A stretch of DNA of 64,000 nucleotides from an uncultured virus (IMG/VR IMGVR_UViG_3300031992_003405). Its lineage: Duplodnaviria > Heunggongvirae > Uroviricota > Caudoviricetes. Each line of letters begins with the position of its first letter. Position 1 is the stretch's first letter. Positions 1-11,286 of the stretch are shown here, in pieces. The DNA lies in the IMG/VR virus record IMGVR_UViG_3300031992_003405; one strand, 5' to 3'. The position numbers were made by a program, and so were the translations under genes. The notes under the pieces were generated by a model. The model did not search any database. It saw nothing but the letters and a program-made list of their open reading frames with translations, and was not told the origin of the DNA.

Positions 1-1103
1 TATCTGTTACTACTAAACAACGCGTCCTCGCAGAGGCTCAATTAGAACAAAGAACTGATATACCAAAATTACTAGAAGCTAGAAAAAATGCACGTAGAAC
101 AAGAAGAAATAGATTAAGATATAGACCGCCTAGGTGGCAAAATAGAAGAAAAATATATAATAAACAAGTCGATGGATGGATACTACCCTCTATGCGAACT
201 AGTTTATTAGCTTATATTAATATTATTAAATTTTTTAATAAATATGTGAATATAAATAAAATGAGATATGAATATAATACTTTTGATATACAAAAATTAA
301 AAAATCTTAATATACAAGGTATACAGTATCAACAAGGTAAGTTATATCAAGAAGAAAATGCAAAATCTTATGCAAGAAAGAGAGACAATTATACTTGTCA
401 AATATGTAAAAAATCTTTAAAAGATTTAAAAAATAATAATATAAAATTACAAGTACATCATATAAAGCCTAAATCTCAAGGCGGTACTGATGTACCGGAA
501 AATTTAGTTACTTTATGTGAACATTGTCATAAACAAGTACATGAATATTTAAAGAAAAATAAGACAGTAACATTTAATATAAAAGAATATAAAGAAGATA
601 CAAAATTAAATATATTAAAAGATAGAATATATAATGAACTAATAAAATTAGGATATACAGTAGAAAAAACATATGGATATGAAACAAAGATAAAAAGAGT
701 ACAGTTAGGATTAGAAAAAGACCATCATATCGATGCGAGAATAATAGCAGATAACTGCTATAAACGAAGTAGACATGATAGTCAAGTATATTATATGAAG
801 AAAGTGAGAAATCATAATAGAAAGATATATAAAGATAAAATTTTAAAGGGCAATGTGAAGAAGAGAAATATACAGAGTTATGAGAAAAATGGATATAGGC
901 GGTATGATACAGTGAGATATCTGAATAGGTATTGGTATATAGATGGTAGAAAGGAAAATGGTCAGTTAGCATTAAAAATGCGACAGGAAAGATGGATAAG
1001 AATACCGAGGAAGAGTAGAGGAGATAAGATAGAATTACGAGACAAGATAAGTCCTATGTATAATAAAGTGGAGTTGATCCAGAAGAGTGGTAAATATATA
1101 TGA
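1..1103 (+). CDS. iscB: IscB (IS200/IS605 OMEGA RNA-guided nuclease), 5' end truncated by the window
   Basis: The frame is open from nt 3 (SVTTKQRVLAEAQLEQRTDIPKLLEARKNARRTRRNRLRYRPPRWQNR, an Arg-rich bridge helix). It continues with a RuvC-II-like ExxxFD, HNH (RDNYTCQIC..LQVHHIKPKSQGGTD..NLVTLCEHCH) and RuvC-III (KDHHIDARII). Confidence 0.9.
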   Translation, partial: SVTTKQRVLAEAQLEQRTDIPKLLEARKNARRTRRNRLRYRPPRWQNRRKIYNKQVDGWILPSMRTSLLAYINIIKFFNKYVNINKMRYEYNTFDIQKLKNLNIQGIQYQQGKLYQEENAKSYARKRDNYTCQICKKSLKDLKNNNIKLQVHHIKPKSQGGTDVPENLVTLCEHCHKQVHEYLKKNKTVTFNIKEYKEDTKLNILKDRIYNELIKLGYTVEKTYGYETKIKRVQLGLEKDHHIDARIIADNCYKRSRHDSQVYYMKKVRNHNRKIYKDKILKGNVKKRNIQSYEKNGYRRYDTVRYLNRYWYIDGRKENGQLALKMRQERWIRIPRKSRGDKIELRDKISPMYNKVELIQKSGKYI

Positions 1104-1236
1104 AATTGAGTAAAAAGCCTAGCATATTAAATATAAGAATGTTTTTGAAAAATTAGAAAGAAATCATTAAAGATAGATTTTATTAAATCTATTTTTAACG
1201 GTTTCTTTTTTTATTATAATAATTTTATAATAAGAG

Positions 1237-1986
1237 GTGATATTTGTGGATTGGAAAAAAATAATTAATATTAATCAATTTAAACGTTTTACAAAACAAA
1301 ATATTAATGAATCATATATATTAATTACTCATCGAGAAATTAATACTAGATTAAAACGATTATCTAAAATTCATTGTTTGTATACAAACAATAAAAGGTA
1401 TTTACTCCCTGAAAAAATTTATAAAAATGGACAATTTAATAGTAACATAATTTATAATTATTTACATTTTAACAATAAATTATACCGAATATGTTCTCGT
1501 GGATGTTTTTCTATTTATAATTTTAATAATTATATTGATATTAGTGAAATAAAAAATGAACAATTATATTCTATCTGTAAACATTATTATAATCATAATC
1601 AAATGATTTATGACATTTTATCATTTTTAGTATATGAACAATCATATAGTTTAACTAATATATATTTAATGTATAATAATATTGATATGAAATTAATATA
1701 TTCATATCAATCAAATAAGTTTGATATTATTGTTTCAACATTAATGCCATTTAAATCAGAAATGAATATATATGTTATTAATTTATATATTGATTATTTA
1801 ATTATTTACTATTCAAATAAGATATTTAAAATAATATTTAAAAATGATGAATTTGTTAATGACGATATAAATATTTTAACTGAGTTTATTTATAAAAAAA
1901 TTGATATAAAAATAGATATTACTTTAGAATATATAAAAAATATTTTTTATACAATTAAAGGTAATCAATTAATTATGAATTTATGA
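1237..1986 (+). CDS. hypothetical protein
   Basis: 249-aa ORF with an upstream AGAGG; the C-terminal KGNQLIMNL resembles the tails of the following paralogs. Confidence 0.6.
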   Translation: MIFVDWKKIININQFKRFTKQNINESYILITHREINTRLKRLSKIHCLYTNNKRYLLPEKIYKNGQFNSNIIYNYLHFNNKLYRICSRGCFSIYNFNNYIDISEIKNEQLYSICKHYYNHNQMIYDILSFLVYEQSYSLTNIYLMYNNIDMKLIYSYQSNKFDIIVSTLMPFKSEMNIYVINLYIDYLIIYYSNKIFKIIFKNDEFVNDDINILTEFIYKKIDIKIDITLEYIKNIFYTIKGNQLIMNL

Positions 1987-2010
1987 AATATTTGAAAGGA
2001 GAAATTAATA

Positions 2011-2454
2011 ATGAGTTTGCCACAAAAATTAAAAAATAACCAATATATAGATCCTAAAAATAGTCAATATATTAAATCTAATGATATAGAAGGTACTAAA
2101 CATTATTATATCTTTTCCTGGCAACTAATAATTAATAAAGAATATAAATTGAAATATGATATTATGAACAATATAACTTATCAATGCACAAAAATTAAAA
2201 ATGCCGAAAATATTTATATTTTACCATTTTATAAAGATTATTATTTTCAAATAAGTAATTTAACTAAATTAATTTCAGTTTATAATAAAAATAATGAAAT
2301 TTATTATACAAATTTAAAACGTAAAAAATTAATATTAGATATATATAAAATCATTCATAGTATGGTAGAAATAGATGAAAAGAAATTTAATAACTATTTT
2401 GTTGATTGGATAAATAAAGTAAATGCAATTGAGTTGATATTTAAATTAACTTAA
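2011..2454 (+). CDS. hypothetical protein, paralog family A (MxLPQKLKNNxYIDP)
   Basis: SD AAGGAG; N-terminus and YILPFY motif shared with 3324, 3826 and 4323. Confidence 0.8.
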   Translation: MSLPQKLKNNQYIDPKNSQYIKSNDIEGTKHYYIFSWQLIINKEYKLKYDIMNNITYQCTKIKNAENIYILPFYKDYYFQISNLTKLISVYNKNNEIYYTNLKRKKLILDIYKIIHSMVEIDEKKFNNYFVDWINKVNAIELIFKLT

Positions 2455-2537
2455 TATCTAATTGAATTAATTATTAAATTAAGTTAATATTTAATTAAAT
2501 TAATTATTAGATTTTAAATCAGCGCGGAGAAAAAATA

Positions 2538-2912
2538 ATGCAAAAAGTATTAGATACTAATCAAGTAAAAGCAATGATTAGTAAACATTTAAATAAAAAA
2601 ATAATTGATGATATGTTAGAATTTGGTTTATATTATAAATTTTATTATAATGATAATATATTATATGCAAAAATAAATGAAAAATATATATCTTTTTATA
2701 ATTTCCTAGATGATATAGATATTTATTGCTATCTTTATGAATATATGCTGGATAAATATTTTATTATCAATATTTATCCTGAATATGATTATATTTCTAT
2801 TTCTTTAAATGGTGAAAAATTAGGCATTAATACATTTGAAAATTTTTTTAATGATTTAAATCCTAGCATTATGGCTTATATTAATTCAATTAAATTGTTA
2901 TATAAACTATAA
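2538..2912 (+). CDS. hypothetical protein, paralog family B
   Basis: SD GGAG; close paralog of 2928..3311 (NQVKxMISKHLNKKII ... YINSIKLLYK). Confidence 0.8.
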   Translation: MQKVLDTNQVKAMISKHLNKKIIDDMLEFGLYYKFYYNDNILYAKINEKYISFYNFLDDIDIYCYLYEYMLDKYFIINIYPEYDYISISLNGEKLGINTFENFFNDLNPSIMAYINSIKLLYKL

Positions 2913-2927
2913 AAAAGGAGAAAATTA

Positions 2928-3311
2928 ATGCATAAGATATTAGAAATTAATCAAGTAAAAACAATGATTAGTAAGCATTTAAATAAAAAAATAATTAACA
3001 ATTTATCAGACCTCTGTTTAGGTCATAAATTTTATTATAATAATGGTGATATATTATATGCAAAAACAGATACTCGATATATTTCTTTCTGCGATTTTTT
3101 AAATGATATAAATATAGATGTACATCATTATCTTTATGAATATTTACCAAATAAATATTTTATTATCAACATTTATTTTATATATGATGATGTTACCATT
3201 TCTATAAACGGTAAAGAATCAGATACTGATGAATTTAAATTCTTTTTTAATGATTTAGATCCTAACATAATGAATTATATTAATTCAATTAAATTATTAT
3301 ATAAGATTTAA
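2928..3311 (+). CDS. hypothetical protein, paralog family B
   Basis: SD AAGGAG; tandem paralog of 2538..2912. Confidence 0.8.
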   Translation: MHKILEINQVKTMISKHLNKKIINNLSDLCLGHKFYYNNGDILYAKTDTRYISFCDFLNDINIDVHHYLYEYLPNKYFIINIYFIYDDVTISINGKESDTDEFKFFFNDLDPNIMNYINSIKLLYKI

Positions 3312-3323
3312 AGGAAAAAATAA

Positions 3324-3812
3324 ATGAATCTGCCGCAAAAATTAAAAAATAATAAATACATAGATCCATTAGCGAATATAATTCAATCGATGCCTGATTT
3401 AACTATTATACCATCCAAAGGAATATTAGAACATTATCACATATATAGTTGGAGTTTGAATAATTATAAATCATATTGTATACTACAAGAGCCTAATCAA
3501 TTCAATAAATATCGAATTAATACAGTTAGTTTAAAGCAATATATAAAAATTAATTTTCCTACAATAACTTATTTTATTTTACCGTTTTATTTGGACAAAA
3601 TCTTTTTTCGTATTGATTCTAATAAGCTTTTAGTTACAGGTAAAACTATGTATCCTGTTGGTTATTTAATTAATTCAATTAATGCTAATGATATTAAAAA
3701 TATTATTGAATTAATAAATCCAATAATATGTGTAGATTTTAAACAGTTTAATAAATATATAAATAAATTTATTGATATATTTAAAGCTTATCAACTACTT
3801 AAACAATTATAG
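3324..3812 (+). CDS. hypothetical protein, paralog family A
   Basis: MNLPQKLKNNKYIDP, FILPFY. Confidence 0.8.
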   Translation: MNLPQKLKNNKYIDPLANIIQSMPDLTIIPSKGILEHYHIYSWSLNNYKSYCILQEPNQFNKYRINTVSLKQYIKINFPTITYFILPFYLDKIFFRIDSNKLLVTGKTMYPVGYLINSINANDIKNIIELINPIICVDFKQFNKYINKFIDIFKAYQLLKQL

Positions 3813-3825
3813 AAAGAAAAAATAA

Positions 3826-4281
3826 ATGAATTTACCGCAAAAATTAAAAAATAATAAATATATAGAACCTATGGAATATAAGTATTTAGAATACATAGAA
3901 AAGCCAAATTTAATTTGTCCGATTTATAACGTTTATTATCTTTATGCTTGGGATTTAAGTGTTAAAGAAATCCAATATTTTTATTATGAATCATCTAAAT
4001 TTTATCGAATACGTAAATTGACAGATAATGGTATTATTACCAGATATTATATTTTACCATTTTATCGACAATATAGTTTTATAATAAATGATACTAGAAT
4101 ATATTTAAAAAATCTACAAACAAATGAATATATTTTTGATTTTTCTATTAAGCGCAAAAAATTATTAAAAGATATATATAAAAATTTTAATTTAATATAT
4201 GTCGATAAATTAGAATTCATGAATTATATTGCTAATTGGATTAATGTCGTTAAAGGACAACAATTATTACTACAAATATAA
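3826..4281 (+). CDS. hypothetical protein, paralog family A
   Basis: MNLPQKLKNNKYIEP, YILPFY, KRKKLLKDIYK. Confidence 0.8.
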   Translation: MNLPQKLKNNKYIEPMEYKYLEYIEKPNLICPIYNVYYLYAWDLSVKEIQYFYYESSKFYRIRKLTDNGIITRYYILPFYRQYSFIINDTRIYLKNLQTNEYIFDFSIKRKKLLKDIYKNFNLIYVDKLEFMNYIANWINVVKGQQLLLQI

Positions 4282-4322
4282 AATAGAGATCAATAAAAGA
4301 CAATGTAAAGGATTAATATAAA

Positions 4323-4799
4323 ATGACTTGGCCTCAAACTTTGGAAAATAATTCCTATATAAATCCATATAAGTATAAATTTCGCTATATTGAAATTTTT
4401 CCCCGCAAAATAAAAAATTTTAAAAATATAGATTTATATTATATATATCATTATAATTTCACTTATAATGTCTATTATACGTTATATTTTGAACATAAAT
4501 ATTGGCGTATAACAAATATTGATACAAATAATATTAATATAAATTTTACATATTATTTATTTCCAATATATAATAATTATTGGTTTAGTATTATTAATCA
4601 TGAATGGATTAATATTTATGATTTATACAATGATAATTATTTAGTCCATTTTTTAATTAAATGTAAAAATTTAATCGATGATATATATAAAGCGGTTTGC
4701 AATCTATTAAATCAAAAAGTTAATAAAAATGAATTTGATATATATATAAACAATTGCTTAAATATCATTTTAGCAAATAAATTATTAATAAAATTATAA
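4323..4799 (+). CDS. hypothetical protein, paralog family A (divergent)
   Basis: MTWPQTLENNSYINP, YLFPIY, DIYK. Confidence 0.75.
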   Translation: MTWPQTLENNSYINPYKYKFRYIEIFPRKIKNFKNIDLYYIYHYNFTYNVYYTLYFEHKYWRITNIDTNNININFTYYLFPIYNNYWFSIINHEWINIYDLYNDNYLVHFLIKCKNLIDDIYKAVCNLLNQKVNKNEFDIYINNCLNIILANKLLIKL

Positions 4800-4802
4800 A
4801 AT

Positions 4803-4835
4803 AAAAGAGATCTATTACTAAAATAGATCTTTTTT
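4803..4835. terminator. bidirectional intrinsic terminator between convergent genes
   Basis: AGATCTATT-loop-AATAGATCT stem flanked by A and T runs. Confidence 0.6.
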
Positions 4836-4882
4836 ATTTTAATGAATTAGTATTTCAATAAGTTTTTTATTTTAATAAATTT

Positions 4883-6082
4883 TTAATTCAATAGATGTTT
4901 AATCGATTTTATTACTTTATTAACCGGTATAGATTTAATACAATGTGATTCTTTAGAATAACAATGACCTTCTACAAACATTTTTTTACATTCGTCTTTA
5001 GCTTTTGCCGGGCGTAAACAAATACACTTAGTTAGTGGTTTATATCTATGATAATAAGACAAAAATCCCGGCATAAATTTATCTTTTTCTATTGCTTCTT
5101 TATATAATATTACACAAGGTATATTAGCAGCTGAAGCTATGTGTACTAACGAAGTATCATGTCCTACATATAAATTACAATTTTTTATTAATTCAATAAT
5201 TTCATTTAATGTTAATTTACCGGTTAAATTAATTCCTATATTAATATCTATATATTCTAAATCTAATAAATAAATTGTATAATCTTTATCAAAAACTGAT
5301 AACACTTCAACCCATTTATCTAATGGGTATTTTTTATTCAATGAGCTGCCGCCAAGTCCAACAGCAATTTTCTTTTTATTAGTTAAATATTTATTAATAT
5401 CTACTTTATCATTAAATAAAGTTAAAGATTTATCTTTAATTTTTGTTTTACAAAATGATTCTAATATATATAATTTTCTTTCTATTTCGGAATACATTGT
5501 CGGAGGATTAATTATTAAATTGGTTAATAAATAACTATCAAAATTAAAATCTTGACCCCACGTTTCTAAATAATAATCTAAATTTTTAAAATACATAGCT
5601 TTAACATTTTTTCCATAACCAACTCTAATCGGTGCGCCAGATAACCAATTTAAGAATAAGGCAGATATTTTAGGATCCCACATAGGCGAAAAAGCAACAT
5701 CAATATTAGGTAAATTATTAGTACAGAAAATAATTAAATCTTTTAAAATAGAAAACATATTATTATTATTAGATGGATTACAGGGTAAGAATTTTACATA
5801 GTCGCAATTTTTATATATATCTATATACTGTTTTGGCATAGCTAAATAAATATTAGCTGATGGATAAATATTATGTAATTCTCTAATAAAGCAAGTCGAT
5901 AAAATAGCATCACCTAATCCATCAAATTGACTAACTAATATATTCTTTATTTCATCATTATATTCTCTATTATTTTCGAATATAATATTAACATTATTAT
6001 AAAAAGTAATAAAATCATTAGTTAATTCATATTTACTTAATTCATTTAATAATGACTGCTGTAATGATTTAAGATAAATCAT
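4883..6082 (-). CDS. glycosyltransferase family 9 (ADP-heptose:LPS heptosyltransferase-like)
   Basis: ILVSQFDGLGDAILSTCFIREL, SGAPIRVGY, LYVGHDTSLVHIASA, HCIKSI motifs typical of the WaaF/RfaQ family. Confidence 0.88.
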   Translation of the reverse strand: MIYLKSLQQSLLNELSKYELTNDFITFYNNVNIIFENNREYNDEIKNILVSQFDGLGDAILSTCFIRELHNIYPSANIYLAMPKQYIDIYKNCDYVKFLPCNPSNNNNMFSILKDLIIFCTNNLPNIDVAFSPMWDPKISALFLNWLSGAPIRVGYGKNVKAMYFKNLDYYLETWGQDFNFDSYLLTNLIINPPTMYSEIERKLYILESFCKTKIKDKSLTLFNDKVDINKYLTNKKKIAVGLGGSSLNKKYPLDKWVEVLSVFDKDYTIYLLDLEYIDINIGINLTGKLTLNEIIELIKNCNLYVGHDTSLVHIASAANIPCVILYKEAIEKDKFMPGFLSYYHRYKPLTKCICLRPAKAKDECKKMFVEGHCYSKESHCIKSIPVNKVIKSIKHLLN

Positions 6083-6361
6083 TTGTTTATATTTCCTTTC
6101 TAATGTTTTTATATAAAATAAATATTTATTTATTCGAGAAGTATATTAATTATCAATAATATTTCAAATAAAAAAATAAATTAATATATATTAACAAATA
6201 ATAAAATTATTAATAAAATAAAAAAACAATATAAACAAAAGTTTATATTGATAATAATGGTAATAAAAGCATAAAAATATAAGTTTAACAAATAACAATA
6301 AAACCTTTATCAAAGTTCGAAATTCGCTATAATTAATAAATATAAACAACGATATTTATAA

Positions 6362-7240
6362 TCATTGTATGATATAAATATATTCATTTATATATTGTAA
6401 ATGCTTATTATTATTTTCTTTTAAAAAATAAATCCATTCTTCAGATTTATTTTTTAAAATTTTTTTATACTTATTCGGTAATAAATTCCAATTAGAAATC
6501 AATATATCTAATACCAGCATAAATGGTTTATCCTGTACCCAATTACTTATAGTAAGCATACTATTTTCAAATTCTAATATTAATAATTGTATAATTATAT
6601 TAAGAAAAAATTTTTTTTGTTTATTAATAAGCATATTTTGTAAATAAAATTTATATAAATCTGCTAATACAAAAGTAATTGCATTTAATTGTTTATATTT
6701 ATTACTTAAATATTTATATAATTTAAACGAAATATAATATAACAGCTTAAATTGTTTATAATTTAGTTGTAATAGAATATATTGATCTTGATTATCTATT
6801 AATGAATAATGCTTTTGTGTTAAATAAATATTTCCTATTAAAGATAGGATTTCATTAATAATTTCTATATTGGAAAAATATTCTGCTGAATTTTTGGGTA
6901 CATTAAAATTTAAATTATTATATATATTAATAAAATTTTGATAACTGATATTTCCATTATATAAATGCAATTGATTAATTCTTAATGATAATTTTGGTAA
7001 TACTTGCCCGGTTTTTAAAATAATTTTATTTACAATACGTGTTTTATTTTTTCCTTTAGATAATATGTCAATAATTTCTTTTACTTCATCTTCATATAAA
7101 TATATGTCATCTTTTAAAAGATGTAAAGTATTATTGTTGTAATGATAAATAAAATCAGTTATTTTTTGCATTCTTTGTCTCTTTAATTCTTTTCTTTTTG
7201 CTCGTTTTATAGAACTTTTAGATTTTTTATTTTTGTTCAT
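6362..7240 (-). CDS. hypothetical protein, paralog family C
   Basis: Shares IILKTGQVLP, LADLY and LDILISNWNLLPNKYK with 7285..8157. Confidence 0.75.
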   Translation of the reverse strand: MNKNKKSKSSIKRAKRKELKRQRMQKITDFIYHYNNNTLHLLKDDIYLYEDEVKEIIDILSKGKNKTRIVNKIILKTGQVLPKLSLRINQLHLYNGNISYQNFINIYNNLNFNVPKNSAEYFSNIEIINEILSLIGNIYLTQKHYSLIDNQDQYILLQLNYKQFKLLYYISFKLYKYLSNKYKQLNAITFVLADLYKFYLQNMLINKQKKFFLNIIIQLLILEFENSMLTISNWVQDKPFMLVLDILISNWNLLPNKYKKILKNKSEEWIYFLKENNNKHLQYINEYIYIIQ

Positions 7241-7284
7241 TTTTAAATTACTTCTTTATTAAATTTTTGTGAAAAATAAAATAT

Positions 7285-8157
7285 TTATAATTTTTGTATA
7301 AGGTGCAAGCAAATATTATTAATTTGTTGTAAATCTTCATTATTTTGATCATTATTTTTCTTTATAAGAGAAATCCAATCCTTAAATTTCTTTTTAAAAA
7401 AACTTTTATACTTATTTGGTAATAAATTCCAATTTGAAATTAATATATCTAATATTAATAATACTAATTTTTCGGTTGTATAATCATAAATATCATTTTT
7501 TTCCAATTTTAATATAAACATTTTTATAATTATATTAAAGAAAAATTTTTTTTGTTTATCTGTAAATATACTTTGTAAATACTGCTGATATAAATCAGCT
7601 AAAGCATATGTAATTACATTTATCAACTGATAAGGTACATTTAAACTTTTATACAATTTAAATGAAACATAATAAAATTGTTTTAACTGTTTATAATTTA
7701 GATTCATCGGATTATAAAAATCAATTATTTTTTGATCATACTGCTTATGCTTTATATACATTTTTATATATAAAAATAATAATTGATTTTTAATTTCCAT
7801 ATGATTATTATCAATTGAAAATTGACAAAATTTTCTATATATATTAATACAATTTTGATAACAAATATTTCCATCATATAAATAATATTCATTAAAACTT
7901 ATCGAAAATAATGGTAATACTTGTCCAGTTTTTAAAATTATTTCATTGATTTTTTGTAATTTAATTTTTCCTTTTCCCGAAGACAAAGCTTTTACTATTT
8001 TCCTTCCTTCAATTCTATAAGGTACTTGATAATCTTTAATATCGTATAAAGTATCATTTTTATAATGAAAAACAAAATTATTAATGCGTTTTTCCATTGC
8101 TTCTATATCATCTTTATCTATTGTATCTAAATCTTCTATAGGACCCAAATTATTCAT
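7285..8157 (-). CDS. hypothetical protein, paralog family C
   Basis: Tandem paralog of 6362..7240; SD AAGGAG. Confidence 0.75.
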   Translation of the reverse strand: MNNLGPIEDLDTIDKDDIEAMEKRINNFVFHYKNDTLYDIKDYQVPYRIEGRKIVKALSSGKGKIKLQKINEIILKTGQVLPLFSISFNEYYLYDGNICYQNCINIYRKFCQFSIDNNHMEIKNQLLFLYIKMYIKHKQYDQKIIDFYNPMNLNYKQLKQFYYVSFKLYKSLNVPYQLINVITYALADLYQQYLQSIFTDKQKKFFFNIIIKMFILKLEKNDIYDYTTEKLVLLILDILISNWNLLPNKYKSFFKKKFKDWISLIKKNNDQNNEDLQQINNICLHLIQKL

Positions 8158-8275
8158 TATCTAAATCAACTCCTTTTATTAAATTTTATCAAAAATAAAT
8201 AAAAAAATAAAAGACTAGATTAAATTAATCTAATCTTTATTATTAGTATTTATTATTAATATTTATTTTTTTCTA

Positions 8276-9502
8276 TTAAATTCCATTAGGAAATAATTCA
8301 TCAAATGCTTCTTTAATTTGTTCAACTGTGATTTCATTAATACAATGCGGATAAAGCATTGTACATCCACCAATATTATCATGAATAACGCAATTATCAA
8401 TAGCATATTCTGGCTGTAATATTTTTGCTGGCGGATTTTCTAACCAAACATAAGGACATAAGCGTTTATAAATAGATAATAATCCGTTTAATTCTTTATC
8501 TTCCGCCTCAGCAAAAAATACTATTACAGGTTTATTATAAGCCGAAGCAATATGCATATTTTCTGTATTATTTCCTACATATAATATAATATTTTGCATT
8601 AATTCAATATTATATGGTATTAATTTATTTTTATCAATTAATTTTTCATAATTTGAATAAATATTAGTAGTTAATAATAACTTAAAATATCGTTCATTAA
8701 CTAAATCATTACTTCTATACATAATATATGTATCATTATCAATAATTTGAGATAAGAATTGAGTTAATTTTTTAATCGAAAATACCCAATTAGGTGCTGG
8801 ATGAGAAAAATCTACACAAATAATTTTTCTATTATCTTGTTGCTCATCAGTAAAAAATTCTAAAGATTTATCTTTTATTGTAAAGCCTAAAGATTCCAAT
8901 ATATAATATTTTCTTAAAATATCACTAGTTAATTCTTTAGGATGTACAATTAAATTAGTTAGCAATTGATCAAATAAAGATTTATTAATAGAACTATTAT
9001 CTTCATTATATATATTAACAATTGATTCTCCAAAGCCAATTCTTTCTTTAGCATTTATTAGCCAATTGAAAAATAAAGCAGCAACACTACTAGGCCATGA
9101 TATAACAAATGCCTTACTTATATTTTTATTCCAAAAATGTTGTTTACCTATTTCAATACAATTACGAATTAGATTTAATAAATTATTAGTTTCTAACTGA
9201 ACATAAATAATATCATTAATATATGGATTACCAATTAATAATGGCGATTGAATACGCTTGTCTAATATTACTATAATATTAGATTTAGGATAAGCCTTTC
9301 TTAATTCTCGAATAAAACCGGTAGAACAAACAATATCATAATTATTTTCTAATATGGTTAAAATTATATTATCAGTTATATCATTATTTTTAATAGTAGC
9401 CAATTCATCATTAACTTTTTTAAAAAAAATATTAAAATCAATATTATTAGCTTTTATTTTATTAAATAAACTTATTATATTATTATATTGTTCTTCATAC
9501 AT
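8276..9502 (-). CDS. GT9-like glycosyltransferase with divergent motifs
   Basis: STGFIRELRKAYP, ERIGFG, LYVGNNTENMHIASA, GGC..HCINEI; the DGLGD motif is replaced by ENNYD. Confidence 0.8.
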   Translation of the reverse strand: MYEEQYNNIISLFNKIKANNIDFNIFFKKVNDELATIKNNDITDNIILTILENNYDIVCSTGFIRELRKAYPKSNIIVILDKRIQSPLLIGNPYINDIIYVQLETNNLLNLIRNCIEIGKQHFWNKNISKAFVISWPSSVAALFFNWLINAKERIGFGESIVNIYNEDNSSINKSLFDQLLTNLIVHPKELTSDILRKYYILESLGFTIKDKSLEFFTDEQQDNRKIICVDFSHPAPNWVFSIKKLTQFLSQIIDNDTYIMYRSNDLVNERYFKLLLTTNIYSNYEKLIDKNKLIPYNIELMQNIILYVGNNTENMHIASAYNKPVIVFFAEAEDKELNGLLSIYKRLCPYVWLENPPAKILQPEYAIDNCVIHDNIGGCTMLYPHCINEITVEQIKEAFDELFPNGI

Positions 9503-9536
9503 ATTATTTTTTAAAATCCTTTCTTATAAAGAAAAT

Positions 9537-10457
9537 TTAATAATTTAAATACATATTAGAATCAGGTAATCTTTCTGAATCAATATCAGCAAAATATTGC
9601 TTTTGAACTACAATACCAGTACCTTGATTAGTTAATAAATATATATCTTTACAATTTTTAATATAATCATAAATTGTTTGTTTTTCTCTTAATAAATTAT
9701 TTATATCTGTTTGATTAGTTTTTACTAAAATATATTTATAATAATGATTATTCAAATTGTATAAATTATCTATATCACTATTATTATCAGTTAATACACA
9801 TAAATATAATTGTTGTTTATCATCAATTAAACTAAATACTATAGGTTCTCCATAATCGATAAAGAAATTTTGAACATATAAATTACCTAAATACATTATA
9901 TCTTCAAAATATAAATCTCCAATATTAATATTTTTATAATTTTTATAAGTTCTTCGTTCTTCTACAGTTTTATTAATTACATTTTCTTTATTAATTTCTT
10001 GTTCAGGAACAAACATTCTTCTAATAATATTAAATTCTGGAAAATCATATAACAACCATTCACGATAAGAAGTTAATTCATTAACAATTTCATCATCATT
10101 ATAATTATCTGGATCAAAATTTTCAATCATAAAACGTTCTTTAGTAAATCGAGTAAAAACGTCTTGAACAGTAAAAACATTCTTTTTCAATTTATTTAAT
10201 ATACGCATTCTAAAACGGCATAATAAATACCTTTTTGTCCCTTTTAAATGAAAAACTAAATATCTTCTACCTTCCATATCATAGACAGTAAATAATTTAC
10301 ATATAATATCATCAAAAAATAATTCACCAAAATATAATTTTCCTAATATATCAATACCTGGAAATAATGGCTTCTGAGTAGATACTTCACCGAATTTTAC
10401 TGGATCTCTATTATCCCAATGTTTAACTCGATATACTTTTTTCCATTTCTTACCCAT
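9537..10457 (-). CDS. hypothetical protein with an apparent internal domain duplication
   Basis: 306-aa ORF; LGKLYFGELFFD...RRYLVF is echoed by LGNLYVQNFFID...QLYLCV. Confidence 0.65.
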   Translation of the reverse strand: MGKKWKKVYRVKHWDNRDPVKFGEVSTQKPLFPGIDILGKLYFGELFFDDIICKLFTVYDMEGRRYLVFHLKGTKRYLLCRFRMRILNKLKKNVFTVQDVFTRFTKERFMIENFDPDNYNDDEIVNELTSYREWLLYDFPEFNIIRRMFVPEQEINKENVINKTVEERRTYKNYKNINIGDLYFEDIMYLGNLYVQNFFIDYGEPIVFSLIDDKQQLYLCVLTDNNSDIDNLYNLNNHYYKYILVKTNQTDINNLLREKQTIYDYIKNCKDIYLLTNQGTGIVVQKQYFADIDSERLPDSNMYLNY

Positions 10458-10473
10458 TATAATATTCCTTTCT

Positions 10474-10989
10474 TTACTTAATATTAAAATTTTGTTTTAA
10501 ATTAATAATATTATTATAAAATTGTTGATAAAATTCATAAAATGCAGTTAAAGAAGTAGTAATTAATGGCTGTAAAAAATCAGGATCTCGTTCTAATTTT
10601 TTTAATACATATTTTATAGATGGTAAAATACTAAAATTATATCTACGTAAATAAAAACGTTTATATTCACCATCAATATTAATACATTTAAATACACTTA
10701 AATTAGAGCATTCACTTTGAAGATAACTAATATATAATATATCATTTAATTTACAAAAAAAATTATATCGTTGACACGAATAATTTAAATTTATATTATT
10801 TATATATGCACTATAAATAATATTTCGTTTTAAATTTAATCCGTGAAATATATGTATTATTTTTTTATTATCTAAATCTAAATATTTAGTAATAATATAA
10901 TATGGATATTTATTTAAAATTAAAGTATCAAATTCTATATTATTAGTATATTTATATTTTAGATATTCATATAGAGTAATATTCATCAC
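10474..10989 (-). CDS. hypothetical protein
   Basis: 171-aa ORF whose start abuts the IS remnant end. Confidence 0.55.
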   Translation of the reverse strand: MMNITLYEYLKYKYTNNIEFDTLILNKYPYYIITKYLDLDNKKIIHIFHGLNLKRNIIYSAYINNINLNYSCQRYNFFCKLNDILYISYLQSECSNLSVFKCINIDGEYKRFYLRRYNFSILPSIKYVLKKLERDPDFLQPLITTSLTAFYEFYQQFYNNIINLKQNFNIK

Positions 10990-11185
10990 AATTTATACAG
11001 CAAATACCTCTTACTTTAGCTGTGGGAAGGAACTGCTCGCCTCCTCTCTGTTAAATATGTCTTGCGCCTAAAAATCAATACCAACTTCTTATAACTAATA
11101 CCAACAGAAATCTTAGTACTATCAAGTTTACGAATATCAAAATTACCACTTGCATGTCTGCCGGTACATATGTATTTGCAAATAA
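10990..11185 (-). pseudogene. remnant of an IscB element (C-terminal fragment plus IS200/605-like right end)
   Basis: Minus strand reads KYICTGRHASGNFDIRKLDSTKISVGISYKKLVL, resembling an IscB C-terminus. It is followed by AGTTCCTTCCCACAGCTAAAGTAAGAGG, similar to IS200/605 subterminal hairpin ends. Confidence 0.65.
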
Positions 11186-11286
11186 TGTAATCAGTTAAAA
11201 CTGAAACTAATCAAAAAGAGCTTGTATAAACTTACGTTTAAAGATATAAAATTACTGACATTTTAATATTTATATAGAATAATAAT

